Source of the DNA: an uncultured Clostridia bacterium
Lineage (GTDB): Bacteria > Bacillota > Clostridia > Christensenellales > Borkfalkiaceae
Length of the DNA stretch: 64,000 bases
Assembly (NCBI GenBank): GCA_964513195.1
Contig: CAZELQ010000001.1
Location: 1,990-65,989, forward strand
Reading direction: 5' to 3'
Position 1 is the first letter of the stretch, and every line of letters begins with the position of its first letter. Shown one piece after another: positions 54,578 to 63,998 of this stretch. The notes below the pieces were generated by a model. The model had not been told where the DNA came from. It saw nothing but the letters and a program-made list of their open reading frames with translations, and did no database searches. The position numbers and the translations under genes were made by a program.

Positions 54578-55507
54578 TCACTTTAATAGATTTTTTATTT
54601 TATTTAGGTCGCCGGCCGAAGCAACGGTTTTGACTTCGTTTATATAGCTCTCGCCGCACGGGCCGTCGATTTTGTAGTCAAACGACAGATTATTAAGCGT
54701 TGAAAGCGCCACGTCGTCTGAGCTATGAAAACCGTCGAATAATCCGAGGGTCGTCGCGTCGCATTTATCGGATATTAAATATTCGACAAATTCGAGGCAG
54801 GTCGCGTATTTTTTTTGGTCGCGCGTCAGAATCGAAACGTCTGCGTACAGGTCGTTGAATTGATTAACCGGCTTCACGCTGAACTGTACCCCGCGCGCCT
54901 TTAAGCGAAAAACGTCGCGTTGCGTGCCAAAAAGATATTTATATTTGCCGTTTATGAGCTGAACGTAAGCGTTTGTCGGCTCTTCCGTTGCCGCCGCCGA
55001 AAGGCCCGAAAATGCCGCCGCAACTGCGGTCAGATTGTCTTTTCCGGCGTTAATTACCGTATTTTCGTTATTTATATCTGAAAAATCGGCGCCGTCCAAA
55101 CCCAAAATGCAATAAGCTCCGCGCGCCCAGCATTTATAAGTAAAGTCGGTTGCGTTGATATATTCCTCAACGCCGAAAAAGCCTGCATTGTATGAGATTA
55201 AATCCGGTAATTCGCCCGCCTGCATATTTTTGCGCGCGGCATCGGCCGTCAGTGAAATTACAGTAAAATATATGCTTTTATTTTTGAACGCCCTGTCTGC
55301 GGCAGATTGCAGATACTGTTTCCGGCTACCCTTGCCGCCCTCGAAGCCGTCGATCTGCCATACAATAATATGTTGCATCCCCTCTTTCTGTTCGCCGCTC
55401 GCCTTTGCCGTACGTAAGGCGGCTATCGGTACGAACACGCACAGGAACACGATGATTGCCGTGAGGATGACTATACCAAATCTTTTAGTAAATATACGCT
55501 TCAGCAT
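54578..55507 (-). CDS. Hypothetical membrane-anchored protein with a solute-binding-protein-like ectodomain
   Basis: An N-terminal TM anchor followed by a pattern resembling type-2 periplasmic binding folds (IIVWQIDGFEGGKGS...ELPDLISYN). I do not recognise a family. Confidence 0.45.
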   Translation of the reverse strand: MLKRIFTKRFGIVILTAIIVFLCVFVPIAALRTAKASGEQKEGMQHIIVWQIDGFEGGKGSRKQYLQSAADRAFKNKSIYFTVISLTADAARKNMQAGELPDLISYNAGFFGVEEYINATDFTYKCWARGAYCILGLDGADFSDINNENTVINAGKDNLTAVAAAFSGLSAAATEEPTNAYVQLINGKYKYLFGTQRDVFRLKARGVQFSVKPVNQFNDLYADVSILTRDQKKYATCLEFVEYLISDKCDATTLGLFDGFHSSDDVALSTLNNLSFDYKIDGPCGESYINEVKTVASAGDLNKIKNLLK

Positions 55508-55529
55508 ACATTATTTTACTAAACGATTT

Positions 55530-55680
55530 GCCGAATAATTCATAAGAGGGTATTCTTACACGTAAGAATACCCCCTTGCCGCTCACATCTGACAACCGAA
55601 ACAAGTCGGTAATCAGATATGAATCGGCTATATCTAAAGCGCCGAAGCGCTTGTAACATTATATTGAGCATTTATTCGGC
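55530..55680 (-). other. Structured intergenic element (possible cis-regulatory leader or small RNA)
   Basis: A 9-nt closing helix (GCCGAATAA / TTATTCGGC) encloses several hairpins, including AAGCGC-UUCG-GCGCUU and a 12-bp stem GGGTATTCTTAC/GTAAGAATACCC. ATATCTGA has two mutually exclusive pairing partners. Confidence 0.3.
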
Positions 55681-55740
55681 TTTTATTCACCGATATCTGA
55701 TAATATCGGAATTTTCCCGCCCGTTTTAAAGTAAAAGAGA

Positions 55741-55763
55741 ACACCGCCGAAAAACGGCGGCGT
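55741..55763 (-). terminator. Terminator after the yebC-family gene
   Basis: On the minus strand: stem CCGCCG, loop TTTTT, stem CGGCGG, then TGTTCTCTTTT. Confidence 0.6.
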
Positions 55764-55783
55764 TAATTTGGTTAAATATAAAA

Positions 55784-56524
55784 TCAGTCTTCTTCGTCCT
55801 CTTCGGGCAGGTCTACGTTGTGGTAGACGTTCTGCACGTCGTCCAATTCCTCTAACTTGTCGAGCATCTTTTGGAAGGTTGCAAGCTTGTCGTCGGGCAG
55901 AGTTACGTAGGTCTGGGGAATCATCTTGATTTCGGCCTCTAAGAACGTTACGCCCTTGCCCTCGAAGTACTGACGCACGGAGGAAAACGACTCGGGCGAA
56001 GTGTATACTTCGTAAACGTCGTCCTCGCAAACGTAGTCGTCGGCTTCGGCCTCCAAGCAGTACTCCATCATGGTGTCCTCGTCAAGCTTAACCGTCTTTT
56101 CGATTATGAGAACGCCCTTATTGTCGAACTGATAGCTTACGCAACCGGGCTTGCCCATCTGCCCGCCGCACTTCGACATAGTAGAGCTTATATCGCCGCT
56201 TGTGCGGTTGACGTTGTCGGTAAGCGTCTTTATTATGACGGCCGAGCCGCAAACGCCGTAGCCCTCGTAGGTGAGCTCCTTATAATCTTTACCGCTGAGT
56301 TCGCCTGCAGCCTTGGCAATCGACCTCTTAATATTCTCGTTGGGCATATTCGCGGCTTTCGCCTTGGCGATAACGTCCGCAAGCTTGCTGTTGGTTTCGG
56401 GATTGGGGTTGGACTTTGCGGCAACCGCAAGCTCCCTGCCTATCTTTGTGAACATAGCGCCGCGCGCGGCGTCCGTCTTACCCTTTTTTGCCTGTATATT
56501 ATGCCATTTGGAATGTCCTGACAT
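55784..56524 (-). CDS. YebC/PmpR family DNA-binding regulator
   Basis: MSGHSKWHNIQAKKGKTDAARG is the invariant family N-terminus. Confidence 0.93.
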   Translation of the reverse strand: MSGHSKWHNIQAKKGKTDAARGAMFTKIGRELAVAAKSNPNPETNSKLADVIAKAKAANMPNENIKRSIAKAAGELSGKDYKELTYEGYGVCGSAVIIKTLTDNVNRTSGDISSTMSKCGGQMGKPGCVSYQFDNKGVLIIEKTVKLDEDTMMEYCLEAEADDYVCEDDVYEVYTSPESFSSVRQYFEGKGVTFLEAEIKMIPQTYVTLPDDKLATFQKMLDKLEELDDVQNVYHNVDLPEEDEED

Positions 56525-56536
56525 CTTTTACTTCTC

Positions 56537-57262
56537 CTATCTGTTATTTTTAAGCGCATACATTGCGATTGCCGCGGAAACGGCGGCGTTAAGACTTTCA
56601 CACGTTTTACGCATTGGAATTTTAATAGTACAATCGGCCAACGCCCTTATTTCGTCGGAAAGGCCGTTACCCTCGTTGCCTATGCATAGGCAAAATTTTT
56701 CAGGCGGCGTAAACGAAAAGACGTCGGCGCCGTTCATATCGGCGCAAATCAGGCGTACGTCCTTTAACGCCGACGTGACCGACTCGCCCGAGCCTTCGTA
56801 GATATTTATATGAAACAGCCCGCCCATCGCTCCTCTCACCGCCTTGGGTGAAAACGCGTCGGCGCAGTTCAATAAATAAACGTCGTCATAACCGGCCGCA
56901 TTGGCCGTACGGATTATCGTACCGACGTTGCCCGGGTCCTGCAATCTATCCAAAAGTATACAGGCCCCCACGGGCGGTCTTGGCGTAACGTCGGGCAACT
57001 TCACGCAGGCGATTACGCCCTGAGGCGATTTCTCGGTTGAAATTCGGGAAAACAGTTCTTCCGATAAAACCACGGCGTCAGAATATTTATTGCTTAAACC
57101 CTCGGTGCAGGCAATCAAATCAATTTGTTTACCGGCCGCGATACATTCGTCGACGCACTTCACGCCCTCGACCGAATATTCACCGAATCGGTTGCGGAAT
57201 TTCTTGTCCGCAAGAGAGGCGATTTTTTTAACTGTCGGATTGGCTTTAGAAGTTATTACCAT
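56537..57262 (-). CDS. TrmH/SpoU-family RNA 2'-O-methyltransferase
   Basis: LLDRLQDPGNVGTIIRTA, IGNEGNGLS and ESLNAAVSAAI (SPOUT motifs 1-3). Confidence 0.88.
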   Translation of the reverse strand: MVITSKANPTVKKIASLADKKFRNRFGEYSVEGVKCVDECIAAGKQIDLIACTEGLSNKYSDAVVLSEELFSRISTEKSPQGVIACVKLPDVTPRPPVGACILLDRLQDPGNVGTIIRTANAAGYDDVYLLNCADAFSPKAVRGAMGGLFHINIYEGSGESVTSALKDVRLICADMNGADVFSFTPPEKFCLCIGNEGNGLSDEIRALADCTIKIPMRKTCESLNAAVSAAIAMYALKNNR

Positions 57263-57287
57263 GAATTTTTTCCGCTGAAAATGGTTA

Positions 57288-57312
57288 GGGTAGCGAAAAT
57301 TGCTCGCTACCC
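57288..57312 (-). terminator. Hairpin after rplT
   Basis: Stem GGGTAGCGA, 7-nt loop, stem TCGCTACCC. The downstream T-tract is weak. Confidence 0.5.
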
Positions 57313-57326
57313 GAAAATTTCAAAAA

Positions 57327-57677
57327 TTAAACGGCGGCCTTTGCTTTCTCGGCAAGCGCCGCAAAAGCGTTGGCATCGTTTACCGCAAGGTCGGCGAGCA
57401 CCTTTCTGTTAAGGTTGATACCCGCAACTTTAAGACCGTGCATAAACTTGGAATAGGAAAGTCCGTTCAATCTTGCGGCCGCGTTTATACGGGCAATCCA
57501 CAGGGAGCGCATATCGCGCTTTCTGAGCTTTCTTCCCACGTAAGCATAGTTCAAAGACTTCATTACCGCTTCGCGGGCAATCCTGTAATTTTTCGACTTG
57601 TTGCCGAAGTAGCCTTTTGCAAGGCGAAGTATCTTTCTGCGCTTCTTTAAAGCGTTTACCGTTCTCTTAATACGCAT
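57327..57677 (-). CDS. rplT: 50S ribosomal protein L20
   Basis: [25 protein letters not shown]. Confidence 0.96.
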   Translation of the reverse strand: MRIKRTVNALKKRRKILRLAKGYFGNKSKNYRIAREAVMKSLNYAYVGRKLRKRDMRSLWIARINAAARLNGLSYSKFMHGLKVAGINLNRKVLADLAVNDANAFAALAEKAKAAV

Positions 57678-57694
57678 TTTAATTTACCCTCCCG

Positions 57695-57895
57695 TTATGC
57701 CTTATAGGGAATCATTGACTTGACAGTCGATTCCTGCGCGGTAGAAACGAGCGTGTTCTGACGCAAATTTCTCTTTCTCTTTCTGTTCTTGGTTTCAGCC
57801 TTATGGTTCTTTCCGCTGTGAGGCCTCTGTACTTTACCGCTTGCAGTAAGCCAGAAGCGCTTCTTCGAACCGCTGTGTGATTTCTGTTTAGGCAT
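57695..57895 (-). CDS. rpmI: 50S ribosomal protein L35
   Basis: MPKQKSHSGSKKRF...; 66 aa. Confidence 0.95.
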   Translation of the reverse strand: MPKQKSHSGSKKRFWLTASGKVQRPHSGKNHKAETKNRKRKRNLRQNTLVSTAQESTVKSMIPYKA

Positions 57896-57926
57896 TTATT
57901 TGTCCTCCAAAATTTATCTTATATTT

Positions 57927-58439
57927 TTATGATTTAACGGGCGAAAGCATCATAATGATGTTTCTGCCTTCGGTAGTGGGCTTCTTGTCCTGTACGGCCT
58001 TGCCGCCCAACCCCTCGAAAAAGTCTTCCATAACCTTGACGCCTTGATAGGCACGCGCGTTTTCCCTGCCCTTCATTCTTATAGAAACCTTGATTTTGTT
58101 TCCGGCTTCCAGAAATTTGAGGCACTGCTTGGTCTTAACGGCGATATCTCCGACGTCTATAGTCATCGAAAGACGGATTTCCTTAATTTCAACCAAGGTC
58201 TGGTTTCTGCGGTTTTCCTTGTCCTTTTTGGACTGCTCGTACTTGAACTTGGAATAGTCCATTATCTTACATACGGGCGGAACGGCCGTGGGGGAAATCT
58301 TAACCAAATCGAGGTCGGCTTCCTCGGCAAGACGTATCGCCTCCGACGATGTCATCACGCCTATCATAGCGCCGTCGGCGCCTATTACCCTTACCTCTCT
58401 GTCCCTGATTGCTTCGTTTACCTGATAAAATTCTTTAAT
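57927..58439 (-). CDS. infC: Translation initiation factor IF-3, with a non-canonical ATT start
   Basis: The frame stays open upstream of the track ATG and encodes IKEFYQVNEAIRDREVRVIGADG, the conserved IF-3 N-terminus. ATT at 58439-58437 is preceded by AAGAGG at a 9-nt spacing. Confidence 0.88.
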   Translation of the reverse strand: MKEFYQVNEAIRDREVRVIGADGAMIGVMTSSEAIRLAEEADLDLVKISPTAVPPVCKIMDYSKFKYEQSKKDKENRRNQTLVEIKEIRLSMTIDVGDIAVKTKQCLKFLEAGNKIKVSIRMKGRENARAYQGVKVMEDFFEGLGGKAVQDKKPTTEGRNIIMMLSPVKS

Positions 58440-58584
58440 GTTTTTATACCTCTTAATAAATTTTAAAACGGGTTACGCAAAGTAACCCGTTAAATGTCAA
58501 AACAGTAAATCAGACCGTCCGTCATTTATTTGCCGCTACGCTTACTGCGCATGGCGAAAGGGTTTTGCCTTTGCTTACTCTATA
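58440..58584 (-). promoter_or_regulatory. infC-rpmI-rplT leader with a terminator-like hairpin (L20-leader-type attenuator candidate)
   Basis: The leader is about 140 nt. A 10-bp hairpin AACGGGTTAC-UUUGC-GUAACCCGUU (58467-58491) is followed by UUAAAAUUU immediately before the infC SD. Confidence 0.5.
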
Positions 58585-58613
58585 ATAATACAACCGTTTA
58601 ATCGGTTTGTCAA
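58585..58613 (-). promoter_or_regulatory. SigA-type promoter of the infC operon
   Basis: On the minus strand: TTGACA (58613-58608), 17 nt, TATTAT (58590-58585). Confidence 0.6.
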
Positions 58614-58625
58614 CGGTTTTTACGG

Positions 58626-60533
58626 TTAAAACGCTATTTTTTCTTTGATATCGTTGCAGACCATTGCGGCGAACTCGTCTACCGGAAGCACCTGCTTTGC
58701 CTCGACGTCGCGCTTATTGACGTTTACCGTGCCGCTCGCCTCTTCCTGATCGCCCACGACGAGAATGTAGGGCACTTTTTCGAGCTTAGCCTCGCGGATT
58801 TTATAGCCGACCTTTTCGCTCCTGTCGTCAAGCGTGGCTCGGATTCCGAGAGCGCATAACTTTTCGCAGACGTTTTTCGCGTATTCGTGGTTCCTGTCGG
58901 TTATGGGCAGAATCTTGACCTGATTGGGCGCAAGCCATACGGGGAATTTGCCGGCAAAATGCTCGATAAGAATACCGATAAACCTTTCTATAGAACCGAA
59001 GATAGCGCGGTGTATCATAATGGGGCGGTGCTTTTTCCCGTCCTCGCCGACGTATTCGAGCTCGAAACGCTGGGGCATCTGGAAGTCGAGCTGAATGGTA
59101 CCGCACTGCCACGTTCTGCCGATGCTGTCCTGCAAATGGAAATCTATCTTGGGTCCGTAGAACGCGCCGTCACCCTCGTTTATCTCGTAATCTATCTGCA
59201 TTTCATCGAGGGCTTTTTTGAGCGCGGAGGTCGCAAGCTCCCAATCCTCTTCGCTGCCCATACTGTTTTCGGGGCGGGTAGAGAGTTCGACCTTGTACTT
59301 AAAGCCGAATTGCTTATAAATTTTGTCGGTGAGTCTGACGACGCCCTTTATTTCGTCGGTTATCTGCTCGGGAAGCATAAATATGTGCGCGTCGTCTTGC
59401 GTAAAGCAACGCACGCGGAACAGGCCGTGAAGCTGGCCGCTCTTCTCGTGACGGTGAACAAGCCCCATTTCCGCTACGCGCAGAGGCAAATCCTTATAGC
59501 TGTGCGGTTCGAGCTTGTAAACGAGCATACCGCCGGGGCAGTTCATAGGCTTAACCGCGCAATCCTCCCCGTCGATTTTGGTTGTGTACATATTGTCCTT
59601 ATAGTGGTCCCAATGCCCCGAATTTTCCCACAGGGTGCGGGTTAAAATTATGGGGGTTTGGATTTCAACGTAGCCCTCCTTGCGGTGCAAGTCGCGCCAA
59701 TAATCGACCAGCGTATTCTTGAGTATCATTCCGTTGGGCAAGAAGAACGGGAAGCCCTTACCCTCGTTGAGGAGAGCGAACAGCTTTAAATCCTTGCCAA
59801 GCTTTATATGGTCGCGCTTTTTAGCCTCCTCCAACATCTGGAAGTACGCTTTCATTTCGTCCTTGGTTGCAAACGCGGTGGCGTAAATTCTGGTAAGCAT
59901 CTTGTTCTTCTCGTCGCCGCGCCAATACGCACCGGCTATAGAAGTGAGCTTAAAGGCCTTGATTTTTCCCGTAGAAGGCAGGTGAGGGCCGCGGCAGAGG
60001 TCGATAAACGAGCCCTGCTTATAGAAAGAAATTACGGCGTCCTCGGGCAAATCCTTAATCAACTCTACCTTGTATTTTTCCTTATACTTGGTCATGAGTT
60101 TTATGGCCTCCTCTCTGGGAAGCTCCGAACGGGTAATGCGATAGTTAGACTTTATTATAGCGGCCATTTCGGTTTCGATTTTTTCGAAATCGTCCTGTGA
60201 AATGGGCGTCTTGAAGTCTATATCGTAATAAAATCCGTTTTCGATTACGGGGCCGATTGCGAGGTTGCAAGTCGGGAATATGTTTTTTACGGCCTGCGCC
60301 AAAACGTGGGCGCAGGTATGGCGGTAAACCTCCAACCCCTCCTTGTCTTTAAGCGTTACGATTTCCAGCTTGTCGCCGTCTTTTAACACGTGCGACAAAT
60401 CGACCAAAACGCCGTTTACCTTTGCGGCTACCGCGCTTCGCGCAAGCCCTTCGGAAATGGCCGAAGCCGCCGCGGCACAAGTAGCGCCGTCCTCCAATGC
60501 CATTTTGTCTCCGTTCTTTAAAATAATCTCCAT
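58626..60533 (-). CDS. thrS: Threonyl-tRNA synthetase
   Basis: TGS and editing domains (HTCAHVLAQA), a class II core (HRHEKSGQLHGLFRVRCFTQDDAHIF) and an anticodon-binding C-terminus. Confidence 0.95.
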   Translation of the reverse strand: MEIILKNGDKMALEDGATCAAAASAISEGLARSAVAAKVNGVLVDLSHVLKDGDKLEIVTLKDKEGLEVYRHTCAHVLAQAVKNIFPTCNLAIGPVIENGFYYDIDFKTPISQDDFEKIETEMAAIIKSNYRITRSELPREEAIKLMTKYKEKYKVELIKDLPEDAVISFYKQGSFIDLCRGPHLPSTGKIKAFKLTSIAGAYWRGDEKNKMLTRIYATAFATKDEMKAYFQMLEEAKKRDHIKLGKDLKLFALLNEGKGFPFFLPNGMILKNTLVDYWRDLHRKEGYVEIQTPIILTRTLWENSGHWDHYKDNMYTTKIDGEDCAVKPMNCPGGMLVYKLEPHSYKDLPLRVAEMGLVHRHEKSGQLHGLFRVRCFTQDDAHIFMLPEQITDEIKGVVRLTDKIYKQFGFKYKVELSTRPENSMGSEEDWELATSALKKALDEMQIDYEINEGDGAFYGPKIDFHLQDSIGRTWQCGTIQLDFQMPQRFELEYVGEDGKKHRPIMIHRAIFGSIERFIGILIEHFAGKFPVWLAPNQVKILPITDRNHEYAKNVCEKLCALGIRATLDDRSEKVGYKIREAKLEKVPYILVVGDQEEASGTVNVNKRDVEAKQVLPVDEFAAMVCNDIKEKIAF

Positions 60534-60577
60534 AACCTTCTCCTTATCTTACTTTAAATAAGAATAAATTTAAAAAT

Positions 60578-60780
60578 AAAAAAACCTTAAACTTCCGAAA
60601 GTTTAAGGACGCATAACAAATGATATCTGCGCGGTTCCACCCTAATTGCCTTTAAAAAAGGCCGCTCTTTGATCCGCAAAATAATAAAGCGGTTTCCCTT
60701 TATCCGTCGGGAATACGCGCCTTTCAGCGGGCGGCGCGCTCTCTGTGAATCCTTAAGGAGGTACTTGTCTTTGACTGCGG
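60578..60780 (-). promoter_or_regulatory. T-box riboswitch leader of thrS (specifier ACC)
   Basis: On the minus strand: AG-bay AGAGAG, distal-loop CTGAAAG, and GAA-ACC-G in the 3' side of the specifier loop (ACC = 60693-60691). The T-box sequence AGGGTGGAACCGCG lies at 60643-60630. The terminator is CCTTAAAC-TTTCGGAA-GTTTAAGG plus T7. Confidence 0.88.
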
Positions 60781-60799
60781 TAAATATTCGATTGGTTAA

Positions 60800-60828
60800 A
60801 TTTTAGTACATATTCCCAAGATTGTCAA
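60800..60828 (-). promoter_or_regulatory. SigA-type promoter of the thrS T-box leader
   Basis: On the minus strand: TTGACA (60828-60823), 17 nt, TAAAAT (60805-60800). Confidence 0.6.
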
Positions 60829-60859
60829 CGAGTTTGCGGCTAAAAGATTATATTTTTAT

Positions 60860-60888
60860 TTGCCAAAATTTATTTACTACTGTATAAT
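60860..60888 (+). promoter_or_regulatory. SigA-type extended -10 promoter of leuS
   Basis: TTGCCA (60860-60865), 17-nt spacer ending in TG, TATAAT (60883-60888), with a GAGGAA SD before ATG 60920. Confidence 0.6.
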
Positions 60889-60919
60889 TTATCTAAATTT
60901 TAACGAGGAAAAGTGAAAA

Positions 60920-63328
60920 ATGCCTTATACAGATTTTAACCGAGTAGAAAAAAAATGGGCTAAGTATTGGGAAGAAAACAAGACCTTTCATACAAACCTG
61001 CGTGATTTTTCCAAACCCAAGTATTACGTTTTGGACATGTTCCCTTACCCCTCCGGCGCGGGACTGCACGTCGGCCACCCCGAGGGCTACACCGCAACCG
61101 ACATAATAGCGAGAATGAAGCGCATGCAGGGCTATAACGTTCTTCATCCCATCGGCTTCGACAGCTTCGGTCTGCCCGCGGAACAATACGCGATAAAGAC
61201 CGGCAATCACCCCGGCGGCTTCACCGAAAAGAACATAGAGAATTTCACGAGGCAGCTGAAGATGCTCGGCCTTTCCTACGATTGGGACCAGACCGTTTCT
61301 ACTTGCGACCCCTCCTATTATAAGTGGACGCAGTGGATTTTCAAACAGCTTTGCGAATCGGGGCTTGCCAGATACGTCGAAACGCCCGTTAATTGGTGCG
61401 AGGAGCTCGGAACCGTGCTTGCCAACGACGAAATAGTCGACGGCAAGAGCGAGCGTGGCGGCTACCCCGTCGTCCGCAAAAATATGAAGCAGTGGGTCAT
61501 CGACATAAATAAGTATGCCGAAAGGCTGCTTGACGGGCTTGACGAACTTGATTGGCCCGAGGCCAGCAAGGTTGCCCAGCGCAACTGGATCGGAAAATCG
61601 GTCGGCGCAAAGGTGGATTTTAAAGTCGACGGTACCGACTATTCGTTTACCGTCTTTACCACCCGTTGCGACACGCTTTTCGGCGCGACCTACTGCGTTC
61701 TTGCTCCCGAGCATAGTCTTGTAGACAAGATTACGACCGCAGAAAGAAGAGCCGAAATCGAGGCCTATATAACGGCCTGTGCAAGCAAGTCGGAGCTTGA
61801 AAGGACGGAGCTCAACAAGGAAAAGACGGGCGCGTTCACGGGTGCGTATGCCGTAAATCCCGTCAACGGCAATAAAATTCCCGTTTACATTTCAGACTAC
61901 GTACTCACCTCTTACGGCACGGGCGCGATTATGGCCGTACCTGCCCACGACACCCGCGACTGGGAATTTGCAAAAAAGTTCAATCTGCCCATTATTCCCG
62001 TGCTTGACGGCGGCAACGTTGACGAAGCCGCCTATACCGAGGACGGCCCGCACATTAACAGCGGCTTCATAAACGGCATGAACAAGCAACAGGCGATAGA
62101 TACGATGGCCGAATGGCTGGAGAAAAACGGTTGCGGCAAAAAGGCGGTAACGTATAAACTGCGCGAATGGATTTTTGCGCGTCAACGCTACTGGGGCGAG
62201 CCGCTCCCCGTTATTCACCTTGAAAACGGCGAGGACGTCCTACTCTCCGACGACGAACTGCCGCTTATCTTGCCCGAAATGGACGATTATAAAGCGCACG
62301 GAGGCAACGCGCCCTTGGAAAACGCCGAAGATTGGGTGAACGTGACGATAGGCGGCGTAAAGGGCAAGCGCGAAACGACGACGATGCCCGGTTCTGCAGG
62401 CTCGAGCTGGTACTTCCTCCGCTACTGCGACCCGCACAACGACGAAGCGTTTGCCGATTACGAGCTTATGAAATACTGGATGCCGGTAGACTTCTACTGC
62501 GGCGGCAAGGAGCACCTTGTAGGGCATCTCCTCTACTCCCGTTTCTGGATGAATTTCCTGTTCGATAAGGGCTACGTTCCCTATAAGGAGCCTTTCAAAA
62601 AGCTTTTCCACCAAGGTATGATTTTAGGCGAGAACGGCGAAAAAATGTCTAAATCTTTGGGTAACGTCATAAATCCCGACGACGTCGTGCGCGACTACGG
62701 CGCGGACGTTTTGAGAATGTACGAAATGTTTATGGGGCCCGTTGCCGACACCAAGCCTTGGAACACCGCCAATATCGAGGGCGTAAAGAAATTCATAGAC
62801 AGAATTTACAGACTATACTGCGAAAGCGACTGCATAAAATCTGCTCCCAACAATAATCTTGAAAAGATTTACAACCAAACGGTTAAAAAGGTCGGCGAAG
62901 ATTATATGTCAATGAAAGTCAACACCGCCATTTCGCAGATGATGATTTTCGTAAACGCCGTATATAAAGAGATTGCCGACGGACGGCACTTCCCCCTCGA
63001 ATATGCAGAAGGACTTATAAAGCTTTTAAACCCCGTAATCCCGTTTTTAACCGAGGAAATCTGGAACACGAAGCTCGGGCATAGCGGCACGATCGCATAT
63101 GAAAAATGGCCCGAGTTCGACGAGGCTAAATGCGGCGAGGATGCGTTCGAATACGCCGTGCAGGTAAACAGTAAGATAAAGACGAAGATTTACGTTCCCG
63201 CCGATATGGACGCACAGGCTATCGAGAATATGGTTAAAGCCCACCCCGATATCGCTCCGCTTATAGCGGGCAAACAGATTAAAAAATTTATTCTCGTTCC
63301 CAAGAGATTGATAAACGTTATCGTATAA
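60920..63328 (+). CDS. leuS: Leucyl-tRNA synthetase
   Basis: HVGHPEGY (HIGH) and EKMSKSLGN (KMSKS), a CP1 editing insertion; 802 aa. Confidence 0.96.
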   Translation: MPYTDFNRVEKKWAKYWEENKTFHTNLRDFSKPKYYVLDMFPYPSGAGLHVGHPEGYTATDIIARMKRMQGYNVLHPIGFDSFGLPAEQYAIKTGNHPGGFTEKNIENFTRQLKMLGLSYDWDQTVSTCDPSYYKWTQWIFKQLCESGLARYVETPVNWCEELGTVLANDEIVDGKSERGGYPVVRKNMKQWVIDINKYAERLLDGLDELDWPEASKVAQRNWIGKSVGAKVDFKVDGTDYSFTVFTTRCDTLFGATYCVLAPEHSLVDKITTAERRAEIEAYITACASKSELERTELNKEKTGAFTGAYAVNPVNGNKIPVYISDYVLTSYGTGAIMAVPAHDTRDWEFAKKFNLPIIPVLDGGNVDEAAYTEDGPHINSGFINGMNKQQAIDTMAEWLEKNGCGKKAVTYKLREWIFARQRYWGEPLPVIHLENGEDVLLSDDELPLILPEMDDYKAHGGNAPLENAEDWVNVTIGGVKGKRETTTMPGSAGSSWYFLRYCDPHNDEAFADYELMKYWMPVDFYCGGKEHLVGHLLYSRFWMNFLFDKGYVPYKEPFKKLFHQGMILGENGEKMSKSLGNVINPDDVVRDYGADVLRMYEMFMGPVADTKPWNTANIEGVKKFIDRIYRLYCESDCIKSAPNNNLEKIYNQTVKKVGEDYMSMKVNTAISQMMIFVNAVYKEIADGRHFPLEYAEGLIKLLNPVIPFLTEEIWNTKLGHSGTIAYEKWPEFDEAKCGEDAFEYAVQVNSKIKTKIYVPADMDAQAIENMVKAHPDIAPLIAGKQIKKFILVPKRLINVIV

Positions 63329-63334
63329 TAACGC

Positions 63335-63375
63335 GAAATGGGGCGCCGCGGCAGATTGCCGCGGCGCCCCATTTC
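63335..63375. terminator. Very strong GC-rich hairpin between convergent genes
   Basis: A 19-bp perfect stem GAAATGGGGCGCCGCGGCA, loop GAT, stem TGCCGCGGCGCCCCATTTC. Confidence 0.8.
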
Positions 63376-63389
63376 CGTTTGTCAAATAA

Positions 63390-63998
63390 TCAAGTCGTTC
63401 CGGCGCCGTACTTCCTTTTAAACGGTTTCGCCGCGTTAATCTCGGCAATTCTGCCCGTAAAGCTAACGCTCCCCGCCCGCTTTTTCAAATCCTCGTTAAA
63501 GTGCCGCGTGATTGCCACATATACGCAATAGATAGGCACCGCGCCGAGGTTGGTTTCGAGCAGCGAATTTACGACGAGCGTATTTAACTTCTGCTCCCAG
63601 TCGAAGCCGTCGCTTCGTATTCCGCCGACGAGCAGCGCACATTCCCAGCAGAACTGCACGCCTATACCTATAAGCATCAATCTGAGTAGCGGCAAACGCT
63701 TCCCCTTGTCTTTCTGCAACAGATTATAGATTATGCCGCCCGAATAGCCGGCGAGTAATATAAGCGCCATCGCGCCGTGATAGCTTCCCGTTTCGCGCCA
63801 TATGGTGACGTTGGGCAGGGTTGAACCGAACGACTGCGCCAAAATGGGCGCGGCAAACCACCAAACGAGAATAAAAAGCGTGAACTCGACGGCGTTTTCG
63901 TCCTTTGCAATCCACGTCCAGATAAGCACGAAATTCGTAATTCCGTAGCTCATCGACATCCATAGCAGCACCCAAAACAGGTTACCTCCCTCTATATG
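63390..63998 (-). CDS. Hypothetical polytopic membrane protein (probably continues beyond the window end)
   Basis: Several hydrophobic helices (WWFAAPILAQSF, ALILLAGYSGGIIY, MLIGIGVQFCWECALLVGG). The frame remains open upstream of the GTG at 63971 as far as nt 63998. Confidence 0.5.
   Translation of the reverse strand, partial: HIEGGNLFWVLLWMSMSYGITNFVLIWTWIAKDENAVEFTLFILVWWFAAPILAQSFGSTLPNVTIWRETGSYHGAMALILLAGYSGGIIYNLLQKDKGKRLPLLRLMLIGIGVQFCWECALLVGGIRSDGFDWEQKLNTLVVNSLLETNLGAVPIYCVYVAITRHFNEDLKKRAGSVSFTGRIAEINAAKPFKRKYGAGTT

Noticed and set aside
60893-61714. A 273-aa ORF antisense to leuS. Similar long antisense ORFs occur at 410-1066, 3455-4303, 38363-39091, 58887-59645, 20980-21453 and 35276-35800.
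   Set aside because: They lie entirely inside strongly supported genes on the opposite strand. Their compositions are low-complexity, Arg/Ser/Pro-rich or otherwise implausible, and they lack start signals. These are typical shadow ORFs.
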